Of a stretch of DNA of 13,764 nucleotides, positions 1 through 8,172 are shown piece by piece; the stretch's first letter is position 1; the number at the start of each line of letters is the position of its first letter. Under the pieces are notes generated by a model. The model was not told the DNA's origin, did not search any database, and saw nothing but the letters and a program-made list of their open reading frames with translations. A program made the translations under genes and the position numbers. Origin of the DNA: Fidelibacterota bacterium (GTDB lineage: Bacteria > Fidelibacterota > Fidelibacteria > Fidelibacterales > Fidelibacteraceae); contig JAYEOX010000004.1 of NCBI GenBank assembly GCA_034723415.1, positions 13,042 to 26,805 of the forward strand, written 5' to 3'.

Positions 1-126
1 ATTCCAAAAGGATATCATAACACAAAAAATAAATTACTAAGTATGAATTTCGAAATTATAGAATTGGAAATGAGTGAATTTATGAAAATGGATGGCGGCT
101 TAACTTGTTTGTCACTTAGATTTTAA
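1..126 (+). CDS. 3' end (partial) of an N(G),N(G)-dimethylarginine dimethylaminohydrolase / amidinotransferase-superfamily protein
   Basis: Frame +1 translates to IPKGYHNTKNKLLSMNFEIIELEMSEFMKMDGGLTCLSLRF* (TAA 124-126). SEFxKxDGGLxCLSLRF is the characteristic DDAH C-terminus with the catalytic Cys. Not in the ORF track because it is truncated by the window edge. Confidence 0.85.
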   Translation: MPKGYHNTKNKLLSMNFEIIELEMSEFMKMDGGLTCLSLRF

Positions 127-224
127 ATAAATAATCGGATAATAAATAATATACTTTATATAAATTGTATAATCATTATTAAACAAAGAATAATAATTTT
201 GTAATAAAGTGTAGAATTAGTGAT

Positions 225-674
225 TTAGTATGATGAAGTGATATAATCTTCTAAAATATTTTTTCTTTTAATTATTAAATATAATATTGCTTTTAACAGA
301 TCGCCAATTGAAACAATACCAAATAATTTACCGTTTTCCACTACTGGAATATGACGAATTTTATGTTTATTCATTTGATCCATTACTGTATCTATTTTAC
401 AATTTAATTTTGTTGTAATGAGATCTTTCTTTTTTGTCATATGATCTGAAACTTTCATACTTACTTCATTTTTAGTTTTACTACAATTTTTGTAATGTAA
501 TATACGAAGAATATCTCTTTCAGTAATAATTCCATATACTTCTTCATTTTTTAAGACCATAATAGAACCAATATTATATCTGTTCATAATTTCTATTGCG
601 TTACAAATTTCATCATCAGGTTCGATTGTAAATACTTTGGCACCTTTTTTCTTTAGAATATCTTTAACTTCCAT
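225..674 (-). CDS. Stand-alone tandem CBS-domain (Bateman module) protein
   Basis: 149 aa with two CBS repeats (MNRYNIGSIMV...GIITERDILR; MNKHKIRHIPVVENGKLFGIVSIGDL). An AGGAGG Shine-Dalgarno lies just upstream of the ATG. Confidence 0.9.
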   Translation of the reverse strand: MEVKDILKKKGAKVFTIEPDDEICNAIEIMNRYNIGSIMVLKNEEVYGIITERDILRILHYKNCSKTKNEVSMKVSDHMTKKKDLITTKLNCKIDTVMDQMNKHKIRHIPVVENGKLFGIVSIGDLLKAILYLIIKRKNILEDYITSSY

Positions 675-700
675 CTTTATCCTCCTAATTTAATTTATTT

Positions 701-1213
701 TTAATATTTAAAAATGTTACTTAAATCTTTGGTATTATATTTATTATTATAAAAATTTAATAAATTTGTCTGAATAAATTTAAAAGCTTTTTGAACATTT
801 ATTTTTGCTTTTTCACTTAATTCTTTTTGAAATTCCCATTTATATCCTTTGATTTGTAGCAGATAAGTGATCGGTGGTTGTTTTTTAATTTCAGAGCATA
901 AATTAAGAATAAATCCGGGAGAAACTGCATGCATTGTAAAGTTTACTTCAGAATTTGGTTTCACTAAATCAATATCAAAATCAGAAATACTTTTTTCTTG
1001 CGTAGCATCAGCAAAGATAACTAAATCAAAAGATGAAATATTATCTGCATCTTCAATATTAAGTTGATAATTTGAATCAAAATTAATATTGTGCCAATCT
1101 TTCATTTTTACCCAATCATTTAATTGTTCTGTAAATGCAATTCCAACTCCATCATCTTGGCGTCCCGGATTGCCATAACCGTAAAAAAGTATTTTAGGTA
1201 AATTATTCATCAT
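701..1213 (-). CDS. hoxW: Hydrogenase maturation endopeptidase (HoxW-like)
   Basis: Has the GYGNPGRQDDGVG N-terminal motif, the IFADA Asp and the FTMH His of the HybD/HoxW/HycI family. It overlaps the hoxH stop, and HoxH carries a cleavable C-terminal extension. The start may be 1213 or 1210. Confidence 0.88.
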   Translation of the reverse strand: MMNNLPKILFYGYGNPGRQDDGVGIAFTEQLNDWVKMKDWHNINFDSNYQLNIEDADNISSFDLVIFADATQEKSISDFDIDLVKPNSEVNFTMHAVSPGFILNLCSEIKKQPPITYLLQIKGYKWEFQKELSEKAKINVQKAFKFIQTNLLNFYNNKYNTKDLSNIFKY

Positions 1214-2663
1214 TTTTTGTTTTTATATCTAACAAATTATTGTTTGAATCATAAAGTTTGATTTGCAATGGTAATTTACCGATCGCGTGAGTTGCACAAC
1301 TCAAACATGGATCATAAGCACGAATACCAACTTCAACTGCATTCAACATTCCTTCGGTAATTTCTTTTTTACCTGAAATGAATTGTTTGACTGCACTTTC
1401 TACAGCGAGATTCATGGGAATATTGTTATTTGTAGTTGAAACAATCAAATTAGCCATTGTAATTTGGTCATCTTTGTTGATTTTATAATGATGAAATAGT
1501 GTTCCTCTGGGTGCTTCCAATACTCCGACACCTTCATTTCCTTTTTTACCTTTTGTAACTAATTCACCTTTCATTAAATCAGGATCATTTAGTAGTTCTT
1601 TCATCATTTCTGCACAGTGAAGAATTTCAATCAAACGAGCCCAATGATAATGCATTGACATGTTGTTAGGTTTACCATCAGTATATGCTTGAAATATTTC
1701 AAATTCTTTTTGCGCCAATGGGGATGGAATAAAATCAGCAGTATTCAATCGAGCTAAAGGACCAACTCTGTACCAACCGTTTTTAGGTCCGTATTTTTTC
1801 AAATAAGGAAATTTCATGTAGCTCCAACTTCGAACTTCTTCTGCAATATGTTCTAAATAATTTTGTGTGTCAACATCATTTAAGATTTTATTACCTTTAG
1901 AATCAATAGCTCTTAAAACACCGTGATAGAGATCTAATGCACCGTCTTTTCGTACCATACTGAGATGTTTAGAAGGATATGCTGCAAAGTTATCAATGAT
2001 ATCTTTATGGTCTTTGTGATAGTTTTTGAAAAATTCAAGTCCACCAAGCGACCATTCGATCATCTTTTCAATATTCATCGGATCATGACCGTTGATCAGT
2101 GATATTTTTTCATGAACTTCAAGATGTCTGTTTATTCCACCGGGAATTGCACCTGTTCCGTGAATTTTTTTACCGGCTGTAACTTTGATAATTTCTTGCC
2201 CAAATTTACGCATCATTACCGCCTGTACTGCTAATTCTTTGTGCATTTTTGCAATACCAATTACATTTCTAATGGCAGGATCACCATCAATTCCAAATAA
2301 CAAATCCGGTGAAGCAAGATGGAAAAAATGTAAAACATGAGATTGGAAAACCTGTCCAAAATGCATTAAGCGTCTCATCTTTTCACCGGTTGGTGTCAAT
2401 CCATCGCCAGTTCCGGCTCCGACTATAACATCCATTGCTTTTGCTGCTGCTAAGTGATGGCTGACCGGACATATTCCACATAATCTTTGCACAGTAACTG
2501 GTGCTTCCCAATAAGGTCTCCCCTGAATGAATTTCTCAAATCCACGGAATTCTACAATATGTAATCTACTCCGTTTGAAATTATTATTATCATCTAAATG
2601 TATTGTTACTTTTCCATGACCTTCAACTCGTGTTACCGGCTCAATTGTAATTTTTTTACCCAT
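1203..2663 (-). CDS. hoxH: NAD-reducing (group 3d) [NiFe]-hydrogenase large subunit HoxH
   Basis: Motifs EPVTRVEGHG, VEFRGFE, L1 RLCGICPVSH, EAPRGTLFHHY and L2 DPCLSCATH plus a 27-aa extension closely resemble Cupriavidus HoxH. ATG 2663 is preferred over GTG 2669 because AGAGGT (2673-2668) sits upstream of the ATG and overlaps the GTG. Confidence 0.96.
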   Translation of the reverse strand: MGKKITIEPVTRVEGHGKVTIHLDDNNNFKRSRLHIVEFRGFEKFIQGRPYWEAPVTVQRLCGICPVSHHLAAAKAMDVIVGAGTGDGLTPTGEKMRRLMHFGQVFQSHVLHFFHLASPDLLFGIDGDPAIRNVIGIAKMHKELAVQAVMMRKFGQEIIKVTAGKKIHGTGAIPGGINRHLEVHEKISLINGHDPMNIEKMIEWSLGGLEFFKNYHKDHKDIIDNFAAYPSKHLSMVRKDGALDLYHGVLRAIDSKGNKILNDVDTQNYLEHIAEEVRSWSYMKFPYLKKYGPKNGWYRVGPLARLNTADFIPSPLAQKEFEIFQAYTDGKPNNMSMHYHWARLIEILHCAEMMKELLNDPDLMKGELVTKGKKGNEGVGVLEAPRGTLFHHYKINKDDQITMANLIVSTTNNNIPMNLAVESAVKQFISGKKEITEGMLNAVEVGIRAYDPCLSCATHAIGKLPLQIKLYDSNNNLLDIKTKNDE

Positions 2664-2675
2664 GCTCACCTCTTA

Positions 2676-3224
2676 TTAATCAAATTTATATGTTTTATAT
2701 TCAGGATCAATTTCTTTTCCATTCAAAAGGGCAACAAGTGTGTCCCAGATTAAATCAGCTCTTGGTGCACACCCCGGAAGAAAGTAATCTATTTTAACTA
2801 CTTCATGACAAGGATAAACTTTATCTAAAATCATTGGCAATTCTTCATCATTTGGAATAATGTTATCTTTATTAATCGTTGATGGTGAATCTTGGTAAGC
2901 TTCTTTTAAACAGCTTTCGATACTGTCTTTATTATTTCTCATTGCCGGTAAGCCACCCATAATTGCACATTCACCAAGTGAAATTAGAATTTTACAATTT
3001 TTACGGAATTCTTTTAAAATATGATAATTTTCAGAATTTGCTACTCCACCTTCAATTATTCCGATGTCACATTTTTTTGTAAATGTCTTTATATCGTCAA
3101 TTGGAGATTTATTAAAATCAACCAAATCAACTAATTGCAATATTCTATCATCAATATCTAATAAAGACATATGACATCCAAAACATCCGGCAAGTGATGT
3201 AGTTGCTATGATTGGTTTACTCAT
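2676..3224 (-). CDS. hoxY: NAD-reducing hydrogenase small subunit HoxY
   Basis: 182-aa truncated small subunit with single [4Fe-4S] ligands: SLAGCFGCHMS, EGG, GECAIMGG, PGCAP. ATGA overlap with the hoxU stop and AAGGAG upstream. Confidence 0.95.
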   Translation of the reverse strand: MSKPIIATTSLAGCFGCHMSLLDIDDRILQLVDLVDFNKSPIDDIKTFTKKCDIGIIEGGVANSENYHILKEFRKNCKILISLGECAIMGGLPAMRNNKDSIESCLKEAYQDSPSTINKDNIIPNDEELPMILDKVYPCHEVVKIDYFLPGCAPRADLIWDTLVALLNGKEIDPEYKTYKFD

Positions 3225-3934
3225 GATTGAATCTCCTTAAGTTTCTCTATATCACTACCGATTGGCTTGTTATCATATTTGCGAGATCCGATAGGATCGA
3301 TAAAACCGCGTTCTTTTTTCAGAATAGCACCTACAGGACAGATGTCCATTGCTTCTTGAGCTTTTTCATCTGAAATATTTTTTGCCAATTCATTATCGAT
3401 ACTGATCATAATTTCTTTACCTCTATTTTTAAATGCAAAAAGGTCTTTTCCGTCTTCAGTTTTTATACCACGAGCACATCTTTTACATTTTATACATCTA
3501 TTATGATCTATCATTAATTTCGGATTTGAAGCATCAATATCCCTTTTTGAAAATGAATATGGAAATCGTGGAACATCCATTTTAAATCTGTATGCAAGTG
3601 CCTGAAGTTCACAATTGCCGCTTTTTTCGCAAGCCGGACAGAAGTGATTTCCTGTTACAAACATTGTTTCAATAATGATCTTTCTTAATTCATTCATTTC
3701 TTTTGTATCATTTTCAATTTTCATTTCAGGTCTGACTGTTGTGGTGCAAGCAGTCATTGGACGACCATTAACTTTAACACTGCAAATTCTACAAGATGCT
3801 TGTGGTTTTAAACCTTCATAATTACATAGTGTCGGAATGAAAATTCCATTATTATTTGCTACTTCAAGTATTGTTTGACCATGTTTTGCATCTAATTCTT
3901 TACCATCAATTATAATTTTAAATTTATTTTTCAT
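3221..3934 (-). CDS. hoxU: NAD-reducing hydrogenase diaphorase Fe-S subunit HoxU (NuoG N-terminal-like)
   Basis: [2Fe-2S] PTLC...SCRIC...TAC; His-ligated [4Fe-4S] HFCPACEKSGNC; further [4Fe-4S] CIKCKRC...CPVGA. 237 aa, located between hoxF and hoxY. Confidence 0.94.
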   Translation of the reverse strand: MKNKFKIIIDGKELDAKHGQTILEVANNNGIFIPTLCNYEGLKPQASCRICSVKVNGRPMTACTTTVRPEMKIENDTKEMNELRKIIIETMFVTGNHFCPACEKSGNCELQALAYRFKMDVPRFPYSFSKRDIDASNPKLMIDHNRCIKCKRCARGIKTEDGKDLFAFKNRGKEIMISIDNELAKNISDEKAQEAMDICPVGAILKKERGFIDPIGSRKYDNKPIGSDIEKLKEIQS

Positions 3935-3936
3935 AT

Positions 3937-5739
3937 TTATACCTCAATATTTGGTTTTCTGCCGGTTGCATTACAATATTCTTTAATTGCAGATTTAATG
4001 TCAAAAGTTGGGATTATATCTGAATCTTCAAGAATTTTGCTTTCATAGAGTTCTGGAAAATTTTTCAATGTTGTTACAATTGGATTAAAAGAAGTTTGGC
4101 CTAAACCACATCGATTCATTTTCATCACTTTCTCCCATTCTAACATATTATCTAAATCAGCTTGAACACCTTTGCCATCAATAACTTTTTGTAAGGTATT
4201 TCTATATATTACAATTAAATTTCTACACGGTACACAAGATCCGCAAGATTCCCCAATGAAAAAATTTGTATAATTTAAAACAATGTCTTTTAACAAATCG
4301 CGTTTATTTCCGATTATAACTATTGAGCCACCGGTACCAAGATCTGAATAACGAATTTGTTTTTCAAATTCATCAGGTGGAATACAATTTCCAGAAGGTC
4401 CGCCTACTTGCACTGCTTGAACATCGTTTGCTCCAACCAAGTGAAGCATTTTATTAACTGTAATTCCCCATTCTACTTCATATATACCGGGTTTTTCACA
4501 GTCACCTGAAATACTTAATAATTTGGTTCCACGGGATTCTTCTGTCCCCATTTTTTTAAACCAATAATTACCTTTATTTAATATTTTTACAACAGAGCAA
4601 AGTGTTTCTACATTATTTATTACGGTAGGTTTATCTAAATATCCCTTTACAGCAGGGAATGGGGGTTTGTATCGAGGTTCACCTCTATTACCTTCAGTTG
4701 ACTCAAGTAATGCTGTTTCTTCACCACATACATAAGCACCTCCACCTAATTGAATTCTTATATCAAAGTTAAACCCCTCTTGTCCTAGAATATTTTTACC
4801 AAGTAAATTTCTTCTACGCATTTTATCAAGCACATCTTCTAAATATTTTTTTAAGTACTTATATTCATGACGGAGATAAAGTATCCCTTCATCAGAATTA
4901 ATTGCATATCCACAAGTAGCCATTCCTTCAAACATTAATTCAGGTTTTTCAGTTAGTATTACTCGATCTTTAAAAGTTCCGGGTTCTCCTTCGTCTGCAT
5001 TACAAAATATGTATCTTTTACCTTCCGGTGTTTTTGCTGTAAATTTCCATTTTAGATCTGTTGGGAATCCCGCTCCACCACTCCCACGAAGTTCAGAATT
5101 TTCTATTTCATTAATTACTTCATCTCTCTCTTGTTCAATTATTTTCATCAATGCCGACCCGGGTATATAATCGTCAGATAAAATTGCTTTTTTTATATGA
5201 ATATTGTTATTAACCATTGATTGAATAAGTTTAGAACTGTTTTTTCCATCGCCAAGATTTGCTTTCATTAGATCATTAGTATTTTTACCATCTTTAATAT
5301 TTTTAACGATCTCTTTTACTTTTCCAGGTGTAAGATTTGTAAAATATTTATTATTGATGAGAGCTGCAGGTTCTTGGTCACTCATTCCAATGCAAGAAGT
5401 GTCGAAAAGTCCAATAATCCCATCATTTGTTACCGAATTAAATTTTATTCCAATTTCTTTTTCAAAAGCTTCTGCTACTTCTTTTCGACCGGACATATAT
5501 GCCGAAACACTATCGTTCAAATAAATAGTATATTTACCGGTGGATTTTAGTGTGAGAAAATGATAAAAAGAGATTATTTCCAATATATGCACTTTGGGTA
5601 AGTCCAATTTATCAACTAAAATATCAACCGCTTCATCGGGTATACAATTGAATTTTTCTTGAATATTAAGTAACATATCCAAGAGGCGTTTTTTATCAGA
5701 TGTGTGTTGTATAATAATATTATTTATAGTTTTTTCCAT
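3937..5739 (-). CDS. hoxF: NAD-reducing hydrogenase diaphorase flavoprotein subunit HoxF (NuoE-like + NuoF-like fusion)
   Basis: 600 aa. An N-terminal NuoE-like domain is followed by the NuoF motifs GGAGFPT, CNADEGEPGTFKDR, GAYVCGEETALLES, NNVETL, GGPSG and ESCGSCVPCR...CGLG. AGGAG upstream. Confidence 0.95.
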   Translation of the reverse strand: MEKTINNIIIQHTSDKKRLLDMLLNIQEKFNCIPDEAVDILVDKLDLPKVHILEIISFYHFLTLKSTGKYTIYLNDSVSAYMSGRKEVAEAFEKEIGIKFNSVTNDGIIGLFDTSCIGMSDQEPAALINNKYFTNLTPGKVKEIVKNIKDGKNTNDLMKANLGDGKNSSKLIQSMVNNNIHIKKAILSDDYIPGSALMKIIEQERDEVINEIENSELRGSGGAGFPTDLKWKFTAKTPEGKRYIFCNADEGEPGTFKDRVILTEKPELMFEGMATCGYAINSDEGILYLRHEYKYLKKYLEDVLDKMRRRNLLGKNILGQEGFNFDIRIQLGGGAYVCGEETALLESTEGNRGEPRYKPPFPAVKGYLDKPTVINNVETLCSVVKILNKGNYWFKKMGTEESRGTKLLSISGDCEKPGIYEVEWGITVNKMLHLVGANDVQAVQVGGPSGNCIPPDEFEKQIRYSDLGTGGSIVIIGNKRDLLKDIVLNYTNFFIGESCGSCVPCRNLIVIYRNTLQKVIDGKGVQADLDNMLEWEKVMKMNRCGLGQTSFNPIVTTLKNFPELYESKILEDSDIIPTFDIKSAIKEYCNATGRKPNIEV

Positions 5740-5755
5740 ATTATTTATCTCCTAC

Positions 5756-6415
5756 TTAAGATAATTTATTTTCATTTAAAAAATTAAACCAGTTTTTCAT
5801 TCCGTCACCGGTTTTTGAAGATAATTCAAGAATTTTCATTTTAGGATTGACTTTTTTTATGTTTTCTTTTAATTGTTTTATATCTATATCTAAATAAGGT
5901 ATTAGATCTGTTTTGCTAATAATACAAACAGAAGAATTTTGAAAAGCGAGAGGATATTTTAATGGCTTATCTTCACCTTCGGTAGTACTTAAAACAACTA
6001 CATTGAAATGAGCACCAACATCAAATTCTGCAGGACAAACAAGATTTCCAATATTTTCTACAAAGAGAATATCTATATCATTTAAATCAATTTCTTCTAA
6101 AGCTGATTTGATCCAACCGGATTCAAGATGACAGTCACCGCCAAAAGGACCTGTATTAATTTGATATGATATCATCCCTGCATTAGCAATTCTTTGAGCA
6201 TCTAAAGTGGTCTCTATATCACCTTCGATTACAGCTAATTTTCCATCATAATTTTTTGCAGTATTTTCTAATAATGTGGTTTTCCCTGATCCCGGCGAAC
6301 TCATTAGATTAATAAATAGAACGCCCTTTTCTTTTAAAATATTTCTTAATTCCATAGCCATTTTGTCGTTAGTGGCCAAAATCTTTTTCATTACTTTGAT
6401 TTCTTTTTCTTGCAT
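5756..6415 (-). CDS. hypB: Hydrogenase nickel-incorporation GTPase HypB
   Basis: P-loop SSPGSGKTT, IEGD, CHL metal site, ENIGNLVCPAEFD, EGEDKPLKYP and SKTD. GGAGG at 6430-6426. Confidence 0.96.
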   Translation of the reverse strand: MQEKEIKVMKKILATNDKMAMELRNILKEKGVLFINLMSSPGSGKTTLLENTAKNYDGKLAVIEGDIETTLDAQRIANAGMISYQINTGPFGGDCHLESGWIKSALEEIDLNDIDILFVENIGNLVCPAEFDVGAHFNVVVLSTTEGEDKPLKYPLAFQNSSVCIISKTDLIPYLDIDIKQLKENIKKVNPKMKILELSSKTGDGMKNWFNFLNENKLS

Positions 6416-6519
6416 GTTATTTCATCCTCCTAAATAATAGAATTTTGATATTAGTTTACTCTGTATTATATATTTGTAACCTGTTCTATTAAAAAAATAT
6501 ATCCCCATTCTAGAGTGTA

Positions 6520-6548
6520 AATTTATCATTTATTTATTATTTAGTCAA
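6520..6548 (-). promoter_or_regulatory. Putative sigma70-type promoter for the hypB-hoxFUYHW-CBS operon
   Basis: Minus strand: TTGACT (6548-6543), a 17-nt spacer ending in TGA (extended -10 TGn), then TAAATT (6525-6520), about 100 nt upstream of the hypB ATG. The AT-rich context makes chance matches possible. Confidence 0.55.
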
Positions 6549-6563
6549 GGAAAAATGATAAAT
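6521..6563. repeat. Perfect 11-bp inverted repeat, ATTTATCATTT-N21-AAATGATAAAT, straddling the putative promoter
   Basis: 6521-6531 is the exact reverse complement of 6553-6563. Confidence 0.6.
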
Positions 6564-6752
6564 AAAAATAGTTAATTTTCATAATTGACCGTAGTATTTT
6601 GCAAATCGTTATGTTAATTTAAGTTGTCGATATTAACATTATTAATATCATCATTAGAAATCACATAATCCTCAGATGAGTAGTCTAAAATGGTGATTGG
6701 GAAACGAAGCTAAGTTCGTAAACTTTGTTATAATTTTAATTTAGATCATTAT

Positions 6753-7217
6753 TTATTTACAAAAAAATTCTTGAATTCCATTTTTTACAGCAGTTGAAAT
6801 TTCATTGCCATATTTCATTAACTTTGGTTGAATTCCAATATAAATTATTTCCAATTTTTTATAGTTAAGTAAGTATTTTTCAATCAAACTAATGGAAAAA
6901 GTGTGTGTACTAAAATCAAAATTGTCAATTTTTTCAGATTCAATTAATGATATTGTTCCCGGCTCTTTGTTAGATTCGGTACTGTCAATAAAAATAACTA
7001 TTTTTGGATCATGATCAAGTATTTGTTGTAAATGATTTTCGGGGTTTTTACCGGCATTTATAAAAGTGGAATCAGAATAACCCGTAATTTTCTCTAATTC
7101 TTCAAGCAATATCAGACCGGCGGCATCATCACCACGATCAGGATTTCCCAATCCAACAAAAACAATTTCTTTTTTATTATATTTTAAAAGTAATTTATCA
7201 AGAGTACTAAAATTCAT
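6753..7217 (-). CDS. hycI: Hydrogenase maturation endopeptidase (HycI-like)
   Basis: Motifs VGLGNPDRGDDAAG, NAGKNPENHL, IFIDS, FSTH and IGIQP. It is the last gene of the group-4 operon and overlaps the upstream Fe-S gene by 11 nt. Confidence 0.88.
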   Translation of the reverse strand: MNFSTLDKLLLKYNKKEIVFVGLGNPDRGDDAAGLILLEELEKITGYSDSTFINAGKNPENHLQQILDHDPKIVIFIDSTESNKEPGTISLIESEKIDNFDFSTHTFSISLIEKYLLNYKKLEIIYIGIQPKLMKYGNEISTAVKNGIQEFFCK

Positions 7218-7809
7218 CCGAAACTACGATTTTATAACGGCATTTAGGGCACACTTCTTTTATTTGATCTTCTCTTCGTATCTTATCTTTTGGTTTTGAT
7301 GGATCAACATCAAAAAATTGAGCTTGCGTTTCCAATAAGAAATTAGGATGTGCATAAGCTTTTGCTCCTAATTTATCCTTTATCCATTTAAGATGATCAC
7401 GACATCCAATAACTTCACCGCATATTTCGCAGAGAACGATTTCTTTTTCAACTGTATCTACAGTGTCAGGATCATTGAGGTCGGTTGTGAAGTGTGAATA
7501 TTCTGTTGTGCATGTAATACCTTTTTCTGTAGTACAATGTTCTTCACATTGTCCACATTGAATACAAGATGTGTAGTTTACTCTTAAAACACGTTTTAAA
7601 TTTTCCTTATCGTCAGTCATTTCGATAGCAGTTGCCGGACAAATTTGAACACAGGCACCGCAACCGATACATTCTGTTTCATCAAATCTTGGAAAACCAC
7701 GATAATGTTTTGATATTTTAAATGGCTCTTTTGGGAATTTAGTAGTATAAGGTGCTGTAAAAAAAGAGGTTAAAGCTTCTTTTATCTCTCGTAATTTTGG
7801 TAAATACAT
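7207..7809 (-). CDS. NuoI/HycF/MbhN-like 2x[4Fe-4S] subunit of the membrane-bound hydrogenase
   Basis: PYTTKFP...YRGFP, CIGCGACVQICP and CIQCGQCEEHC, plus a C-terminal CEICG...CPKCR pair. Confidence 0.9.
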   Translation of the reverse strand: MYLPKLREIKEALTSFFTAPYTTKFPKEPFKISKHYRGFPRFDETECIGCGACVQICPATAIEMTDDKENLKRVLRVNYTSCIQCGQCEEHCTTEKGITCTTEYSHFTTDLNDPDTVDTVEKEIVLCEICGEVIGCRDHLKWIKDKLGAKAYAHPNFLLETQAQFFDVDPSKPKDKIRREDQIKEVCPKCRYKIVVSDEF

Positions 7810-7833
7810 TCTTTACTCCATTTATAAAAAGTA

Positions 7834-8172
7834 TTAATCTTTATTTTCGTTATCTTCTGCATATTGATCAACAACTGTTTTTTCGTCTAATTTGATATTG
7901 CTACGGTGAGCCGCATGTGAAATGGCGTGAGCTGCAGTAGGAGAAGCGAGGAAAATGAATATTATTCCTAAAATTGCCTTAAATCCAAAATTATTGAATC
8001 CTTGAAGAATAAATATTCCAAGTAAAATTCCACCTGTACCAAAAGTAACACTTTTTGTAGCTGCTTGTAAACGATTATAAACATCCGGAAGTCGAATTAA
8101 TCCTAATACACCAAAAAAGTCAAATGCAATACCAATATATATCAAGCCATATCCAATTATTTCTCTAATCAT
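7834..8172 (-). CDS. mrpG: Mrp/Mnh antiporter subunit G (MbhC-like)
   Basis: GLIRLPDVYNRLQAATK and SPTAAHAISHAA motifs. ATG 8172 is preferred over TTG 8175 because GGAGG is at 8184-8180. Confidence 0.92.
   Translation of the reverse strand: MIREIIGYGLIYIGIAFDFFGVLGLIRLPDVYNRLQAATKSVTFGTGGILLGIFILQGFNNFGFKAILGIIFIFLASPTAAHAISHAAHRSNIKLDEKTVVDQYAEDNENKD

Noticed and set aside
127..224. Bidirectional terminator between the convergent DDAH-like and CBS genes
   Set aside because: Only weak, almost purely AT self-complementarity (around TTTATATAAA) and no GC stem.
867..1067. 66-aa plus-strand ORF
   Set aside because: Antisense shadow of hoxW with no recognisable motif or Shine-Dalgarno.
1290..1320. 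Possible selenocysteine ([NiFeSe]) in the large subunits
   Set aside because: Both L2 motifs (DPCLSC here, DPCYCC at 13753-13736) use ordinary Cys codons. No in-frame TGA is present.
6659..6719. Short hairpins downstream of hycI (ACGAA-N6-TTCGT; AATCAC...GTGATT) as a terminator or a nickel/cobalt riboswitch-like RNA
   Set aside because: Stems are only 5-6 bp, there is no convincing U-tract, and I recognise no riboswitch consensus. An Rfam/Infernal scan would be needed.
6416..6752. Missed hypA or small ORF in the 337-nt intergenic region
   Set aside because: No open frame with the HypA MHE start or CxxC pairs. The only thing seen is a trivial ATG AAA TAA beside the hypB Shine-Dalgarno.
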